From IMG/VR virus record IMGVR_UViG_3300006129_000028, positions 1 to 25,604 of that record: a stretch of 25,604 nucleotides of DNA. The stretch is one strand, 5' to 3'. Positions 6,934-16,051 of this stretch are shown piece after piece (within the stretch, counting starts at the first letter, position 1; every line of letters begins with the position of its first letter). A program made the position numbers and the translations under genes. Source of the DNA: a virus (lineage: Duplodnaviria; Caudoviricetes). The notes beneath the pieces are model-generated. The model saw nothing but the letters and a program-made list of their open reading frames with translations. It was not told the origin of the DNA and did no database searches.

Positions 6934-7758
6934 TTAGAGTCCTTCTCTTTTGACCAATACATCTGCCACACTGGCAGCTATGTCTGCATCATAATTTGGC
7001 AGCTCATCATTAAGAGCATCCATGTTTTTCATCGCCCACATATAATAATCAGTGGGTATATCCACTAACTTGGTTCCGCGATATTTACCAAATGGCCAAG
7101 TTGCAACTGTGATTGGTGCATTTGACAGAGCCACCAACTGTTCTGCAAGATCAACGTTGGGATCCAGTTTTCCGGACTCCAGTCCATATGAAACCAATAG
7201 TTTTAAAAATTCACCACATACCAAACAGTCCATATCAGCCCTATGTAGAGATCGATCTTCAACAGGCAGGTCAAAAAAGTATCGGAAATAATTTAATGAA
7301 AAGGTAGTTATTGGAAAATCAGGAAGCAGCAATTGTTTGGCTAATCGCAGAGTACAAATCCAATTATCTGTATTTGCTAGTTGAGCAGCTTGATCCATCA
7401 ATTGCTGCTTTTTATAATTGTTAGCTAGAATATCCCTATCAAATTTAGCATTGTGTGCAACCCATATTGGCATCTCATCAAATCCCAGCAAATTATTTGC
7501 AACTGGAATTGATTCAGAAAATTTTGGGCGACCGGCCAGTAGGTGCCTGCTTATATTATTGACCGCCGACGCTTCTGCTGGGATCGGAATCCAAGAATCA
7601 AACAAACTGGAATTGGTTTGCCAATTGTCGACATTGAAGTTCCAAACCGCCATACCAATTTCTACTAGCTCAGCAGTTTCTATTTCAGTAGATGTTGTTT
7701 CTGTATCTATGACACGTATTTTTGATAAAAATTTTTCCATATCCCGATTATATGTCAA
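6934..7758 (-). CDS. DEDDh 3'-5' exonuclease, exonuclease X-like
   Basis: ExoI VIDTETT, ExoII VAHNAKFD and ExoIII HRADMD motifs. C-terminal WPFGKYRG..LVDIP..YYMW domain. Start may be 7740. Confidence 0.88.
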   Translation of the reverse strand: MTYNRDMEKFLSKIRVIDTETTSTEIETAELVEIGMAVWNFNVDNWQTNSSLFDSWIPIPAEASAVNNISRHLLAGRPKFSESIPVANNLLGFDEMPIWVAHNAKFDRDILANNYKKQQLMDQAAQLANTDNWICTLRLAKQLLLPDFPITTFSLNYFRYFFDLPVEDRSLHRADMDCLVCGEFLKLLVSYGLESGKLDPNVDLAEQLVALSNAPITVATWPFGKYRGTKLVDIPTDYYMWAMKNMDALNDELPNYDADIAASVADVLVKREGL

Positions 7759-8543
7759 AAATATTCAATGTCAACTTTGGCATAATTATCTCGATTTTCT
7801 CGATTATGAATATTCAAATAGTATATTTGGTTGGGATTGATCCATTGATGATAGATTGCGTCCTGTATCAAACTAGACAAAATACCAACGTCATATAAAC
7901 ATATGCTGGCAATTTGTGATTTTAATAATGGTTGTGCAGAAATATTCCCACTCAGAGTGATAGGGCGACCCAGTAAATTTGTGCCATTGATAAATTGACT
8001 GGGCCACATGTTCAAAGCAAATTGTTGAGTAGGTTCAAACAATTCCTGTATGGCTGTAAAACGAATCTGTGCTCTATCACGCACTTCGAAAGGAAAACAA
8101 ATGGTCTGCCCTCGGGGGATAAAATATATGTTGTTGGGTGGTGTTTCTGTGACTATTTGCACGTTTTCAGGCAGTGGAAATTGATTTTCAATTATTGTGT
8201 GGGGGATTCCAGGTACATAGGGTGTTTCCCATAAAACGCCAGTTAAGACAAAATTGGAAAGACCAAATCGACTGTAGACTTGAATTAAATCACCTGTATT
8301 TAAATGTAGACTTTGCAGATGCAGTGGTCGATTGCCGGGAATTTCAACTTCGTAGGCAATCCACATCGTATTGTTTGGCACAGAACCAGCCGGAGCTATT
8401 CGAACTCGGATGCGATCAGCTTGGTCACTGGTATTATTGCATACTAGCATGGCTTGTATTCGTGATCTTTCCGGAACCAAATACATGTCAACCAGGTCAT
8501 TGGGATCTGGTTTTGTTTCAGAAAATATTTGTCGGGTGATCAT
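7755..8543 (-). CDS. Putative virion structural protein (beta-rich, two domains)
   Basis: N-terminal MYLVP...LVCN...RVRIAP...IAYE.EIP.N...L.TGD.IQVY pattern typical of phage structural accessory proteins. Co-oriented behind a late promoter. Confidence 0.5.
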   Translation of the reverse strand: MITRQIFSETKPDPNDLVDMYLVPERSRIQAMLVCNNTSDQADRIRVRIAPAGSVPNNTMWIAYEVEIPGNRPLHLQSLHLNTGDLIQVYSRFGLSNFVLTGVLWETPYVPGIPHTIIENQFPLPENVQIVTETPPNNIYFIPRGQTICFPFEVRDRAQIRFTAIQELFEPTQQFALNMWPSQFINGTNLLGRPITLSGNISAQPLLKSQIASICLYDVGILSSLIQDAIYHQWINPNQIYYLNIHNRENRDNYAKVDIEYF

Positions 8544-8546
8544 TCG

Positions 8547-8987
8547 TTAGATCCTGGAAACAATCCACCAATTGGGTTGATCAAACACTGGAGCATAGAT
8601 GACATTAATGGTGCCATATGCAGTGTTTATAACTGCTTCAGATTCATTTTCTATATACCCAGTATCCACAAGAATATTAATTTGGTTGGTGGCAATTCCC
8701 AAATTACCACTCAAATCTTTTATGCTACATGTCCAACCAGGAGTGACTTGTGATGATATTAGAGTAACGTTTGTTATAGTATCATTTACGACACCAATAA
8801 ATCGATCCTGATGATTCATCAAATAAGTATTTGCTGTTACTATTACCGCATTTCCTATTGCCGGGCCAGTTGGTCCAATTGGTCCAGTAAAGCCGGAATT
8901 GGGTCCGGTAGGGCCTACGAGTCCTGGAGAGCCTGTTGGTCCAGTGGGGCCTTGTACTGTTGTGGGAGGATAGGAATAAAGCGTCAT
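8547..8987 (-). CDS. Short collagen-like (GPT) virion or fibre-associated protein
   Basis: GPTGPTGSPGLVGPTGP..GFTGPIGPTGP followed by a compact beta domain. ATAAATA box 4 nt upstream (8998-8992). Confidence 0.65.
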   Translation of the reverse strand: MTLYSYPPTTVQGPTGPTGSPGLVGPTGPNSGFTGPIGPTGPAIGNAVIVTANTYLMNHQDRFIGVVNDTITNVTLISSQVTPGWTCSIKDLSGNLGIATNQINILVDTGYIENESEAVINTAYGTINVIYAPVFDQPNWWIVSRI

Positions 8988-8990
8988 ACC

Positions 8991-9239
8991 CTATTTATTG
9001 CGAGTAGGACCAGGAATTTCCCAACCATCAGTTATAAATTCCAATTGGCCAATTCTACAAATAAAATTTCGCTGTCGAGGCTTCTTTTCCAAGGTCATTT
9101 GAAAGCCACTGGGCAATTCAGCTTTGATTCGATTATCGGTTCGCTCAATAACAAAGCTTTTGACTTTTTGTGTGATCGTATTACATTCAATAATTATTCG
9201 GGGTCTTGTATCAGTTATTTTTGCAGTCAAATGTTCCAC
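8991..9239 (-). CDS. Hypothetical protein
   Basis: 82-aa ORF that tiles between neighbours on the same strand. Confidence 0.6.
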   Translation of the reverse strand: MEHLTAKITDTRPRIIIECNTITQKVKSFVIERTDNRIKAELPSGFQMTLEKKPRQRNFICRIGQLEFITDGWEIPGPTRNK

Positions 9240-9556
9240 CCTAATTCCGAAAATTTTGCTTGCCAGGATTCAAAAACTGCGTCATGTCCACATTTGTCAT
9301 TTTTTAAAACTTGCCATTGCCAAATATGAACCATTTCATGAAGCAATGTGGTTTCAAAATCTGTATTGTTATCAAATTCATTGGTCAAATATAACTCATC
9401 AGCTGATAGACCTTCATCAAACGGAATATAAGCTCCCAGCTCAGTGTCCATATATTCTATTATAATTTCATTTGGTAGATTTAATTTTGATTCAAAATAC
9501 TTTTGGTTAAATTTTTTAAAAGTTTTTGTCAATTTTTTATTTGTTATTGTAATCAT
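9227..9556 (-). CDS. SprT-like zinc metalloprotease
   Basis: FNQKYF...TLLHEMVHIWQW...GHDAVF (HExxH plus downstream His). Start revised to ATG 9556 behind AAGGA. Confidence 0.8.
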   Translation of the reverse strand: MITITNKKLTKTFKKFNQKYFESKLNLPNEIIIEYMDTELGAYIPFDEGLSADELYLTNEFDNNTDFETTLLHEMVHIWQWQVLKNDKCGHDAVFESWQAKFSELGWNI

Positions 9557-9619
9557 TAGTGTTTCCTTACTAGTCACCATTTTATTGAAAGGGATCAACT
9601 AGAATCAATAAATAGCTGT

Positions 9620-10159
9620 ATGGAATTTTTCAGACTCTTAGAATCTCACAACAAAACATTGACTTTGAATGCGTTACCGGAAAAAGCTGGTAGCTTTGAA
9701 CCCGTGTTAAGTTTAAAGGCAGTAAAATTTCATCATGATGTGTTGGCCAAAGGTTATGTGGATCGATATAACCATCAGGAAGGTGATCCCAAATTTAACG
9801 AAGCTGGTGCATTTTTGCACAACTTGTATTTTGATCAATTCAGTCAACCTGATTCTGTCACAATGCCCAGTCAATTGACTAAATTTTTGAAACAGCATTT
9901 CCAGTCAGTTGATAAATTTAAACAACAATTTGAAGAAACTGCTCTAAAAACACAGGGATCAGGCTGGTGTTATTTGTCTAAAAAAGGCACAATTGAATTG
10001 ATAGCAAATCATCAAATTAAACGAGACATTGCTCTAATTATAGACATGTGGGAACATGCGTTTGTTTTGGATTATCAAGCAGATAAGAAGGCCTATCTAG
10101 CCAAACACTGGAAAATTATTAACTGGCAGGTTGTTCAAGACCGTTTGGTTGCTATTTAG
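9620..10159 (+). CDS. Fe/Mn superoxide dismutase (compact phage type) with N-terminal extension
   Basis: FHH, FLHNLYF, QGSGW and DMWEHAF metal-ligand motifs. ATAAATA 5 nt upstream (9608-9614). Confidence 0.92.
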   Translation: MEFFRLLESHNKTLTLNALPEKAGSFEPVLSLKAVKFHHDVLAKGYVDRYNHQEGDPKFNEAGAFLHNLYFDQFSQPDSVTMPSQLTKFLKQHFQSVDKFKQQFEETALKTQGSGWCYLSKKGTIELIANHQIKRDIALIIDMWEHAFVLDYQADKKAYLAKHWKIINWQVVQDRLVAI

Positions 10160-10769
10160 ACTTGGGCTTTCGGGAAAAATTATTGCCTTGACGTACTGTG
10201 CTCATAGGACTTCTGCTGCCATCAGTCACTGGTTCTTCTCCTGCAAAAGGATCAAATTTGAATTCATTGCGTGAATTAGAAGTTAGTGGACTAGCGACAC
10301 CAGAATCATTTTCAAATTCTCGAAGGAAGGTAGCATAACGCTGTGTCAATTTTTTTAGTTTTTGAGCAGCTTCGTTTACGAGCGTATTATCACCACGCTT
10401 ACCAAACTTTTCATCGGGATTGTAGAATTGAGTGGATTCCAGGTCCTCATATTCAGACTGCTGGTCAATCGTGTCGGGTTTGTGGCCCCAATCATTTGAC
10501 GTCGCTAGATCTTCAGCAACCAATTGTTCATCTGGTTCTTCACAGCAACACTCTGCTTTGTGTTCGCCACATTTTGGACACCAATCATTTGGGCCACATT
10601 CGCAGGGATCCATATGGCAATTGGGGCAAATTTCATCGGGTTCACATGTTGGGCAACGATCACCTTCCAACATTGTACCGCATTCCATGCAAGTGGTTGG
10701 GTAGGTCTGTGAATAAGCATCTTCTGAAATACCAGCTAGCTGGCGGAAACGTTTGATATCGTCCATCAT
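10152..10769 (-). CDS. Acidic Cys-rich protein, possible prohead core or internal protein
   Basis: N-terminal IKRFRQLAGISE, a block of CxxC/CxC/CCC motifs, and an acidic low-complexity remainder. Overlaps the upstream stop. Confidence 0.6.
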   Translation of the reverse strand: MMDDIKRFRQLAGISEDAYSQTYPTTCMECGTMLEGDRCPTCEPDEICPNCHMDPCECGPNDWCPKCGEHKAECCCEEPDEQLVAEDLATSNDWGHKPDTIDQQSEYEDLESTQFYNPDEKFGKRGDNTLVNEAAQKLKKLTQRYATFLREFENDSGVASPLTSNSRNEFKFDPFAGEEPVTDGSRSPMSTVRQGNNFSRKPKSK

Positions 10770-11512
10770 GAGTTTTTCTTTCCTTTGGGTTTGGTCTGAT
10801 TGGGAGATGCTGATGCATCAAATCCACCAAATCGATCTTGAAACGCTGAACTGGCAGGTGGTTTAACAGACTTGTCATATTTATAAACTGGTTTGGGTGT
10901 GTCCATATCAGCATTATAATCCGCAGTATCTAATTTGGAATCCAGTGGATTGGGTTTGACCTTAGACATATCCAACCAACTAAACAGCGGAGCATCTGGC
11001 TCTACTTCAGTTGACTTGCGATCTTCTTTGACTTTGGCTAGATAATTTAGGAGTGATTTATTGTATTCATCACCAAACAAGTCTTCAATATTGGGTGATT
11101 CCCAATCTTCATATTCTCGTTTAGTACTCAATCTAGCAGCAGTAACAATGTCATTGGATTTCTTTTCCTGCTCAATTTCAGCATATTGTTCAATGGGCTC
11201 AGCTTGTGAACGTACAATAAGCAGTGAAGGATTGATTCTAAGTGCTGCGGAAATTTCATGATGTAGAATATATGGACTAAATGGAAGCTCCACTGTAGCA
11301 GTTGTTCGCCAAACAGTTCGGTTTTTGATATCTATAAAATCAGAACGATCATTTTTAATTTCACTGGGATCTTCAAAATGGGTTAATTCAAAACGTTCTA
11401 AAATACGCTTTAGAAGTTTGAGTTGTTCATCCGTGGGTTTTTCAACTGTTTTGATGACAACAGTTCCTGAAATTGTTGATTCTGATAGATAATTTTTAAG
11501 TGGTTTAATCAT
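10766..11512 (-). CDS. Hypothetical late protein, probably head-associated
   Basis: AGGAG RBS and ATAAATA (11538-11532). Leader MIKPLKNYLSE. Confidence 0.65.
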   Translation of the reverse strand: MIKPLKNYLSESTISGTVVIKTVEKPTDEQLKLLKRILERFELTHFEDPSEIKNDRSDFIDIKNRTVWRTTATVELPFSPYILHHEISAALRINPSLLIVRSQAEPIEQYAEIEQEKKSNDIVTAARLSTKREYEDWESPNIEDLFGDEYNKSLLNYLAKVKEDRKSTEVEPDAPLFSWLDMSKVKPNPLDSKLDTADYNADMDTPKPVYKYDKSVKPPASSAFQDRFGGFDASASPNQTKPKGKKNS

Positions 11513-11576
11513 CAAAGTCTCCTGTATAAGCTATTTATGTTTTTGATTGTCACAGGAGATGATTGTGTGGGCTGGA

Positions 11577-11753
11577 TTATTTTTCAGATGGTTCTTGTTG
11601 TAGTTTGTCAGAAATTTGTTGTTTCAATTCTTCTATTTTGATTATAAGCCCACGTTGTCTTTCACGAGATCTTTCGGCCAAACCTTCACAAGCTTGTACA
11701 AAGCGTTCGCGCGCAGCTTCTCTTTCTTCTTCAGTCATTTTCTTTTTAGACAT
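11577..11753 (-). CDS. 58-aa charged coiled-coil protein (not in ORF track)
   Basis: MSKKKMTEEEREAARERFVQACEGLAERSRERQRGLIIKIEELKQQISDKLQQEPSEK*. Has an AAGGAG RBS and its own promoter. Confidence 0.75.
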   Translation of the reverse strand: MSKKKMTEEEREAARERFVQACEGLAERSRERQRGLIIKIEELKQQISDKLQQEPSEK

Positions 11754-11773
11754 GACATTTCTCCTTTATCATT

Positions 11774-11802
11774 ATTTTAAATAAATCAAACCTTTTTGTC
11801 AA
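11774..11802 (-). promoter_or_regulatory. Sigma70-type promoter
   Basis: TTGACA(11802-11797)-17 nt-TAAAAT(11779-11774). Confidence 0.65.
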
Positions 11803-12247
11803 CTTCTTCAATGGCTATTGCTGCACGAGCTTCTTTGATTTGTTTGAGTAAATCATTTCGGTCGAACGTAGTGACTTCACCATCAATTGAAGTTGGTTCA
11901 GATGACACAGGAGACATGCGATCCAAACGAAGACGATCCAATTGCAATTTCATCAACCTAAGTCTTTTGTCAACCTTGCTGTTACGAGCATCCAAACTTA
12001 TTTTTAACATGGTTGCAGCACTCTGGAATATTTCAGCTGAATGTCGTATTTCAACATTTTCACCCAACTCCTTCATGTCGGTATAACCTGTTAAAGCCAG
12101 CTGACTGATTTCATCCATTTCACGATCATGCTGATCCAGCTCAAGTTCAGGTTCTGATTCAACAAAATCAGTGTCTGACAATTCTTCTTCATTCAATTCG
12201 GTATCTTCAATATTGAATGTTTCTTTTAGTTTCTCAAAACGACTCAT
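11786..12247 (-). CDS. Probable terminase small subunit (T4 gp16-like)
   Basis: Acidic N-terminus, helical oligomerisation core (RHSAEIFQSAATMLK) and C-terminal DRNDLLKQIK. Lies in a late operon after a gp4-like gene. Confidence 0.5.
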   Translation of the reverse strand: MSRFEKLKETFNIEDTELNEEELSDTDFVESEPELELDQHDREMDEISQLALTGYTDMKELGENVEIRHSAEIFQSAATMLKISLDARNSKVDKRLRLMKLQLDRLRLDRMSPVSSEPTSIDGEVTTFDRNDLLKQIKEARAAIAIEEVDKKV

Positions 12248-12705
12248 CGTTTGCCCTTGTTCCTATAAATTTGGTCTTCTGTTAAAATATTAAATTTGAT
12301 ATTGTTTTTTTGACACCAGCGAATTGCAGCTTCCCATTTGGCAGAATTTAAAATTTGTGCACTTTTATCTCGTCGACTTTTAGCGAATTCAGCCAATGTT
12401 TCCTTTTTGGGTTTGACTTCAATTAATTCCGCATGTGTTTTCCCACGATTGTCAATATAAACAACTAGAAAGTCTGGTATATATTGTCGCATTTCTCGTG
12501 TATTGAAAGGATTCTTATAGGGTATTTTTATAGCTTCACTGGCCCATTGTAACACGCTGGGACTGGTATCGAAGAATTGCATAATAGTCAATTCCCAGGC
12601 ACTGCGATAAAATGGATCAGGTTTTCCAATCAACTTTTTTGGATTCTTAGGAATAAAAGTTCCCTGTGTGAATCGACTTCGATTGTCTTCGGGAGCTTTT
12701 CTCAT
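12244..12705 (-). CDS. Head completion nuclease (T4 gp4-like, TnsA-N PD-(D/E)xK fold)
   Basis: G.FIPKNPKK, YRSAWE, WASE.IKIPY, YIPDF and LIEVKP motifs. Confidence 0.88.
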   Translation of the reverse strand: MRKAPEDNRSRFTQGTFIPKNPKKLIGKPDPFYRSAWELTIMQFFDTSPSVLQWASEAIKIPYKNPFNTREMRQYIPDFLVVYIDNRGKTHAELIEVKPKKETLAEFAKSRRDKSAQILNSAKWEAAIRWCQKNNIKFNILTEDQIYRNKGKR

Positions 12706-13166
12706 GAACCACCCGAAATAGCTGCTGATACTGCTCCTGCCAACAAACGATTATTTGCCCAGGTTGGCGTAGTGTTGATTTCAAATTGTGCAATTTGACT
12801 GCCTGCATCCCGCAAGCTATTGATTGCAGCAAGAAAACTGGCTTCAAATGTACCATTTTTAAATAGTTCATATACACCAACTCCAGTTTGATTACTGTAA
12901 TATGCTGCAATTGCTGCCAATGTTTGTGTCATTTCAACTGGTATATTTGAATCACCAAATATACCCAATGCATGGTTGTAGGCATTTGTGCCAATTTGAC
13001 CAGCATAAACAGCTGGATTTTGATTTAACATATCACTAACTGCATCAACAGAAACTGATTTTCCTGTGCTATCAACATACTTTATTGTGCCACTGGTGTT
13101 TGTGGCACTTATAGTACCAGTATTAAGTTGTATTTGTCTAGCAAGGCTTTTGTTTATGGTGGTCAT
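12702..13166 (-). CDS. Hypothetical virion protein
   Basis: 154 aa within the tail/head late operon. GAGG RBS. Confidence 0.6.
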   Translation of the reverse strand: MTTINKSLARQIQLNTGTISATNTSGTIKYVDSTGKSVSVDAVSDMLNQNPAVYAGQIGTNAYNHALGIFGDSNIPVEMTQTLAAIAAYYSNQTGVGVYELFKNGTFEASFLAAINSLRDAGSQIAQFEINTTPTWANNRLLAGAVSAAISGGS

Positions 13167-13173
13167 GTTTTCC

Positions 13174-14385
13174 TCAGAAAAAATCTAATGCATCTGTGTT
13201 GATAGCGTCTGTGGTTTGTATTGCGGAACCATTTGAAATGGCGGTGGTTGAATCAATTGCACTCAGTGGGTTCGATTGTGTCAATGGTCCAGTTACAGTC
13301 GGTACAATACTTGCCAATTGATCACTTGATTGTGCAAATACAGTTGTTGGATCAACTGATCGAGTCCCCCAATTAAAATTACCAAAACTTCCCAACACAT
13401 TTGTGGGAGATGAACTAACTAACCCACTGGAAATAGCACGAACAATTCCTGAATTGGATTGTGGTAAAATGTTGTTGAGTGGAGATACCGCACCACTAAT
13501 TAAATTATTTACTAGAGTTGAAGAGAACCCCAATTTGGTGGAAATACTGTTTGTAAGTGAATTTAATAGACTGCCAGGTGAAGACAAGCGTTGTAATAAA
13601 CTATAGGCATCTACTGCCAGTTGATTATTGATTGGCGCAGGAACATTTTCAGGTTCAACAGTTACATCAACTGTAAAACCCATTTGTTCAATCTGTTCTT
13701 GTGAAAGAGTGGCTCCAGTTGCGGTATATTCAATAAATTCATAGTCAAATCCCATACTAACCTCTGTTGTTTCAGCGGCGCTAGCTGAATCAAATCGCTG
13801 CCATTCAACTCTGCTAATACGAGGATTGATATAATTGATTTGAGTATATCGGCCACCAAATATAGCATATATTTCTATTCTTTGAAAAAAGTTTTTAGCT
13901 TCGTTAATTGGTCGAAATCCCCAACCACTGGAATCATAAAAGCTGGACTCTACCAATGCTGAGTGTTTTGCTGCATCTGTTTTGGGACGACTGTCTCCAA
14001 AATAATATTGAAAATATTTGAGCCAAACAGTGTGCATCCGGTCATCAACCGTGTCATGAAATGTGATATTTGTTGGTGAGTATTTGACTTTATTGTATAC
14101 TACTCGTTTTCTGTTGTATTCGTTGACTTCAACAGTCTGCATGTCTATATTTGGTCTATCGATTGATTTGACCATAAAACTGATACCATCTCGCCAATCA
14201 CCCAAATTCGTCATTTCAGGATAGATTGCTGTTACGGTGGAATCCACAACAAAATTCACATAGTACATGAACTTTGCACGAGGGATTGCTCGCATCTGTT
14301 GTCCAGTAGCGTCTGAACCAAAGAAATGCGTTGCTAACTGTTTATTTCTAAACAACACTGGAGGTGATGTGGTGGGTATTGCCAT
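13174..14385 (-). CDS. Tail-tube-fold baseplate or tube initiator protein (gp19/gp48/gp54-like) with Ser-rich tail
   Basis: VKSIDRPNI...YNRK..V..K..Y.P.NITFHD aligns with VMKVGRPSL...YNN...W.TITF..RD of the adjacent tube protein. ATAAATA 5 nt upstream. Confidence 0.65.
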   Translation of the reverse strand: MAIPTTSPPVLFRNKQLATHFFGSDATGQQMRAIPRAKFMYYVNFVVDSTVTAIYPEMTNLGDWRDGISFMVKSIDRPNIDMQTVEVNEYNRKRVVYNKVKYSPTNITFHDTVDDRMHTVWLKYFQYYFGDSRPKTDAAKHSALVESSFYDSSGWGFRPINEAKNFFQRIEIYAIFGGRYTQINYINPRISRVEWQRFDSASAAETTEVSMGFDYEFIEYTATGATLSQEQIEQMGFTVDVTVEPENVPAPINNQLAVDAYSLLQRLSSPGSLLNSLTNSISTKLGFSSTLVNNLISGAVSPLNNILPQSNSGIVRAISSGLVSSSPTNVLGSFGNFNWGTRSVDPTTVFAQSSDQLASIVPTVTGPLTQSNPLSAIDSTTAISNGSAIQTTDAINTDALDFF

Positions 14386-14407
14386 ACGACTATTTATGGC
14401 TTAAAAA

Positions 14408-15007
14408 TTAACCCAATAGTACACCAGCGGCTGTGGGTGGTTGTGAAGCAGGCATGATTGTTTGATCCTGTGTTGCGTTATCGAAACGAACAGTCATATT
14501 GATGTCCAAGTAACCAGTGGCATCACCATAATCAAATTCATCATAAGACACACTGGGTAGCCAGCAACCTTCTAAATACCAATTTTCCAATACGCCATCA
14601 ATACCACCATCCAGAGCTTCAATTTGCATGAAGAACTTGTAGTTAATACCTGCAAGTGGACTTGTTTGATCGAAGTGGTTCATCTGCTTCTGTAGCTGTG
14701 CACCAACCAGTCGAGAAGCACTGTTGTTGACATCATCTCGCACACTGAACGTAATTGTTTGCCATTCAGGACGTCCGGCAAAATACATGATGTTGTTATA
14801 GCTGGTTGCAGATGATTCAGGAGTGGTAAGTGATGGACGACCAACCTTCATTACTTGTCGAGTGATATCCAAAGCTGAACCAATGGGCCCAAAGTTTTGT
14901 AGACTCACTCTAAAACGATGCTTGAACTTGGGCTGAAGCATGCCAATCCCACTTGATCCAGCAACAAGTGGTACGCCAAATTTACTGAGTGTTGGTTGAA
15001 AAGCCAT
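14408..15007 (-). CDS. Tail tube protein (T4 gp19-like)
   Basis: QPKFKHRFRV, YFAGRPEWQTITFSVRDD, ENWYLEGCW..SVSY..FDY and MTVRFDNA. Strong AGGAG RBS and ATAAATA (15036-15030). Confidence 0.85.
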   Translation of the reverse strand: MAFQPTLSKFGVPLVAGSSGIGMLQPKFKHRFRVSLQNFGPIGSALDITRQVMKVGRPSLTTPESSATSYNNIMYFAGRPEWQTITFSVRDDVNNSASRLVGAQLQKQMNHFDQTSPLAGINYKFFMQIEALDGGIDGVLENWYLEGCWLPSVSYDEFDYGDATGYLDINMTVRFDNATQDQTIMPASQPPTAAGVLLG

Positions 15008-15107
15008 TATTATACTCCTATTTTCAAACTATTTATCAGTTTGAAAAATTCTGAAAAAACTACCAAGTTAATTGTTTTTTGGATAATAAAGCCAATATAA
15101 TTAGTGA

Positions 15108-16049
15108 ATGACAAAACAAATTGTTTACGTAACTGGGTGTGCTGGGTTTATTGGGTTTCATGTCGCCAGACAATGTTTAGAGCAAGATTGGTATGTGCGA
15201 GGCATTGACAATGAATCATTTGCTTCAGATCCAGACAATATTCGGGAACTGTTGACTTATCCCAACTTTGTATATGATCGACAAGACATCAATGATATCC
15301 AACATTTGTATGATGCCAATTATATAATCAATTGTGCTGCATCTACTCATGTGGACAATTCCATAATTGAAAATGCCAGTTTTCTCCACAATAACGTAAA
15401 CGGCGTACATCGATTGCTGACTTTAATTCAACATAAAGCTCGACGTCCTACGCTAATTCATTTCAGCACAGATGAAGTATATGGTGACTTGGAAACTGGA
15501 TTTAAAACAGAACGAGATCTGTTGTGTCCATCCAATCCCTATGCTGCTACCAAAGCAGCGGCTGATCAATTGGTGTTAGCTTGGCACAGGACTTATGGAA
15601 TTCCCTATATTATTGTTAGGCCCACAAACAATTATGGTACTAGACAATATATCGAAAAATTCATACCATCTATTTTCAAAAATTTGCAATTGGGCAGGAA
15701 AATATTGCTGCATGACCAGGGACTCCCTCGTCGCACTTGGCTTCATGTGGAAGATACTGCCGGCGCCGTGATACACTTGATCAAAACTGGTCATCAAAAT
15801 GATATATTCAATATATCTGGCAATTATGAAGATCAAAATTTAAATGTTTTGAAAAAAGCTTTGAGTTGTTGGGGAATTAATCCCGAATACTATACTGACT
15901 ATATTGAAGCAGTAACTCGTCCTGGACAGGATGTTAGATATGCAATTGATGATCAAAAGATTAGAACACTGGGCTGGAGCAACCAGTTTGATTTTGAGCA
16001 AGAACTTCCACGTATCGCTAATTATTATAAAAACAAATTCATTTGGTGA
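15108..16049 (+). CDS. rfbB: dTDP-glucose 4,6-dehydratase-like NAD-dependent epimerase/dehydratase
   Basis: VTGCAGFIG, AASTHVDNSI, STDEVYG, PSNPYAATK, NNYG..QY.EKFIP and RPGQD.RY. TATAAT 6 nt upstream. Confidence 0.85.
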   Translation: MTKQIVYVTGCAGFIGFHVARQCLEQDWYVRGIDNESFASDPDNIRELLTYPNFVYDRQDINDIQHLYDANYIINCAASTHVDNSIIENASFLHNNVNGVHRLLTLIQHKARRPTLIHFSTDEVYGDLETGFKTERDLLCPSNPYAATKAAADQLVLAWHRTYGIPYIIVRPTNNYGTRQYIEKFIPSIFKNLQLGRKILLHDQGLPRRTWLHVEDTAGAVIHLIKTGHQNDIFNISGNYEDQNLNVLKKALSCWGINPEYYTDYIEAVTRPGQDVRYAIDDQKIRTLGWSNQFDFEQELPRIANYYKNKFIW

Positions 16050-16051
16050 CA

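Noticed and set aside
11563-11784. Plus-strand 73-aa ORF
   Set aside because: It is antisense to a better-supported minus-strand gene (11577..11753) with RBS and promoter.
12244-12705. Tn7 TnsA transposase
   Set aside because: The fold is shared, but size, motifs and position in a virion operon match T4 gp4, and no tnsB/C is present.
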